In this document: positions 62,624 through 64,000 of the stretch, one piece after another
How the letters are laid out: each line of letters begins with the position of its first letter
Numbering within the stretch: the first letter of the stretch is position 1
Origin: Squalus acanthias
Lineage: Eukaryota
Assembly (NCBI GenBank): GCA_030390025.1
Contig: CM059432.1
Span: 123,320,001 to 123,384,000, forward strand
Direction: 5' to 3'
DNA: 64,000 nucleotides
The notes under the pieces: model-generated
What the model saw: only the letters and a program-made list of their open reading frames with translations
Database searches by the model: none
Told to the model about the DNA's origin: nothing
Position numbers and translations under genes: made by a program

Positions 62624-63825
62624 CAACAACTTACATTTATATAGCGCCTTTAACGTCGTAAAACGTCCCAAGTCAGCTGTGGCTCAGTGGGTAGCACACT
62701 CGCCTCTGAGTCAGAAGGTTGTGTGAACACTCCAGGGACTTGAGCACAAAAATCTAGGCTGACACTCCAATGCAGGGCTGAGGGAGTGCTGCACTGTCGG
62801 AGGTGCCGTCATTTGGATGAGACGTTAAACTGAGGCCCCGTCTGCTCTCTCAGGTGGACGTAAAAGATCCCATGGCACTATTTCAAAGAAGAGTAGGGGA
62901 GTTATCCCCGGTGTCCTGGTCAATATTTATCCCTCAATCAACATAACCAAAATAGATTATCAGGTCATTATAACATTGCTGTCTGAGGGAGCTTGCTGTG
63001 CGCAAATTGGCTGCCGCGTTTCCCACATTACAACAGTGACTACACTTCATAAGTACTTCATTGGCTGTAAAGCACTTTGAGATGTCCGGTGGTCATGAAA
63101 GGCGCTATATAAATGCAAGTCTTTCTTTTTTCTTTCTTTTTCACAGGAGCGTAATCAGAAAATAATTGACACTGAGCCAAAGAAGGAGACATTAGGACAG
63201 GTGACCAAACGCTTGGTCAATGCGGCAGGTTTTAAGCAGCGTCTTAATGGAGGAGAGCGTGGTGGAAAGGCAAAGAGATTTTGTGGAGGGAATTCCAGAG
63301 CTTAGGGCCTAGGCAGCTGAAGGCACGGCCGCCAATGGTGGAGCGATGAAAATCAGGGATGCGCAAGAGGCCAGAATTGGGAGGAGCGCAGAGATCTCGG
63401 AGGGTTGCAGGGCTGCAGGATGTTACAGAGATAGGGAGGGGCGAGGCCATAGAGGGATTTTAACACGAGGATGAGAATGTTAAAATCAAGGTGTTGGTGG
63501 ACCAGGAGCCAATGCAGGTCAGCGAGCACAGGGCTGATGAGTGAACAAGACTTGGTGCGAGTCAGGATACGGACAACAGAGCTTTGAATAAGCTCCAGTT
63601 TATGGAGAGCTAAAGATGAGAGGCTGGCCAGGAGAGCATTGGAATAGTTGAATCTGGAGGTAACAAAAGCAGGGATGAGGGTTTCAGCAGCAGATGGGCT
63701 GAGGCAGGGGCGGAGACGGGCAATATTACGGAGACGAAAGTAGGGGGTCCTGGTGATGAAGATGATATGTGGTCGGAAGCTCAGCTCAGGGTTAAATAGG
63801 ACGGCAAGGCTGCGAACAGTCTGCA
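62624..63825 (-). mobile_element. L2 LINE 3' portion, interrupted at 62673-63140
   Basis: LRNIARLRPCLSPSAAETLIPAFVTSRFNYSNALL and RAFSCLGPKLWNSL motifs. Confidence 0.88.
62673..63140 (+). mobile_element. Near full-length DeuSINE (SacSINE1-like) inserted antisense into an L2 3' end
   Basis: tRNA-like head (A box TGGCTCAGTGG), Deu-domain-like body and L2-like tail aggcgctatataaatgcaagtctttc. Confidence 0.8.
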
Positions 63826-64000
63826 GTCCTTTGCCTTCTTTTAAAAAATCTCGCACCTCCTTCCAGGCCTCCTGCCAGAATCAACAAGTGCTCGAGACAG
63901 CTCGACCCTGTTCGTGATGTATTGTCGTGTTTCATGTCTTCTTTGCACGGCAAACCCATATTTAACTCCACCAAACATGTGCTTGTGTTGCCCTCTCACT

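Overview
This window is eukaryotic DNA dominated by transposable elements, most likely from a cartilaginous fish (shark). That inference rests on V-SINE/HE1-like and DeuSINE/SacSINE1-like SINEs together with CR1, L2 and RTE LINEs. I recognise no intact host gene; one unassigned candidate exon lies at 17621-17870. The window holds many decayed CR1 and L2 fragments, one RTE LINE, PIF/Harbinger remnants with transposase or Myb/SANT coding traces, and a family of Harbinger-type MITEs with 3-bp target-site duplications (TSDs). Three structures stand out. (1) A 1.75-kb, apparently perfect Penelope palindrome (35090-36836) encodes an intact GIY-YIG domain and a minimal hammerhead ribozyme on each arm, and is flanked by a 17-bp TSD. 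(2) A ~3.3-kb LINE with no ORF1 (52942-56216) has a tRNA-like Pol III head as its 5' end; short derivatives sharing both of its ends are scattered through the window. (3) A Tx1/L1-type element carrying only ORF1 (40599-43312) is inserted with a 14-16-bp TSD into the A-box of a tRNA-derived SINE. All family names come from motif recognition by eye, not database searches. Boundaries of old elements are approximate.
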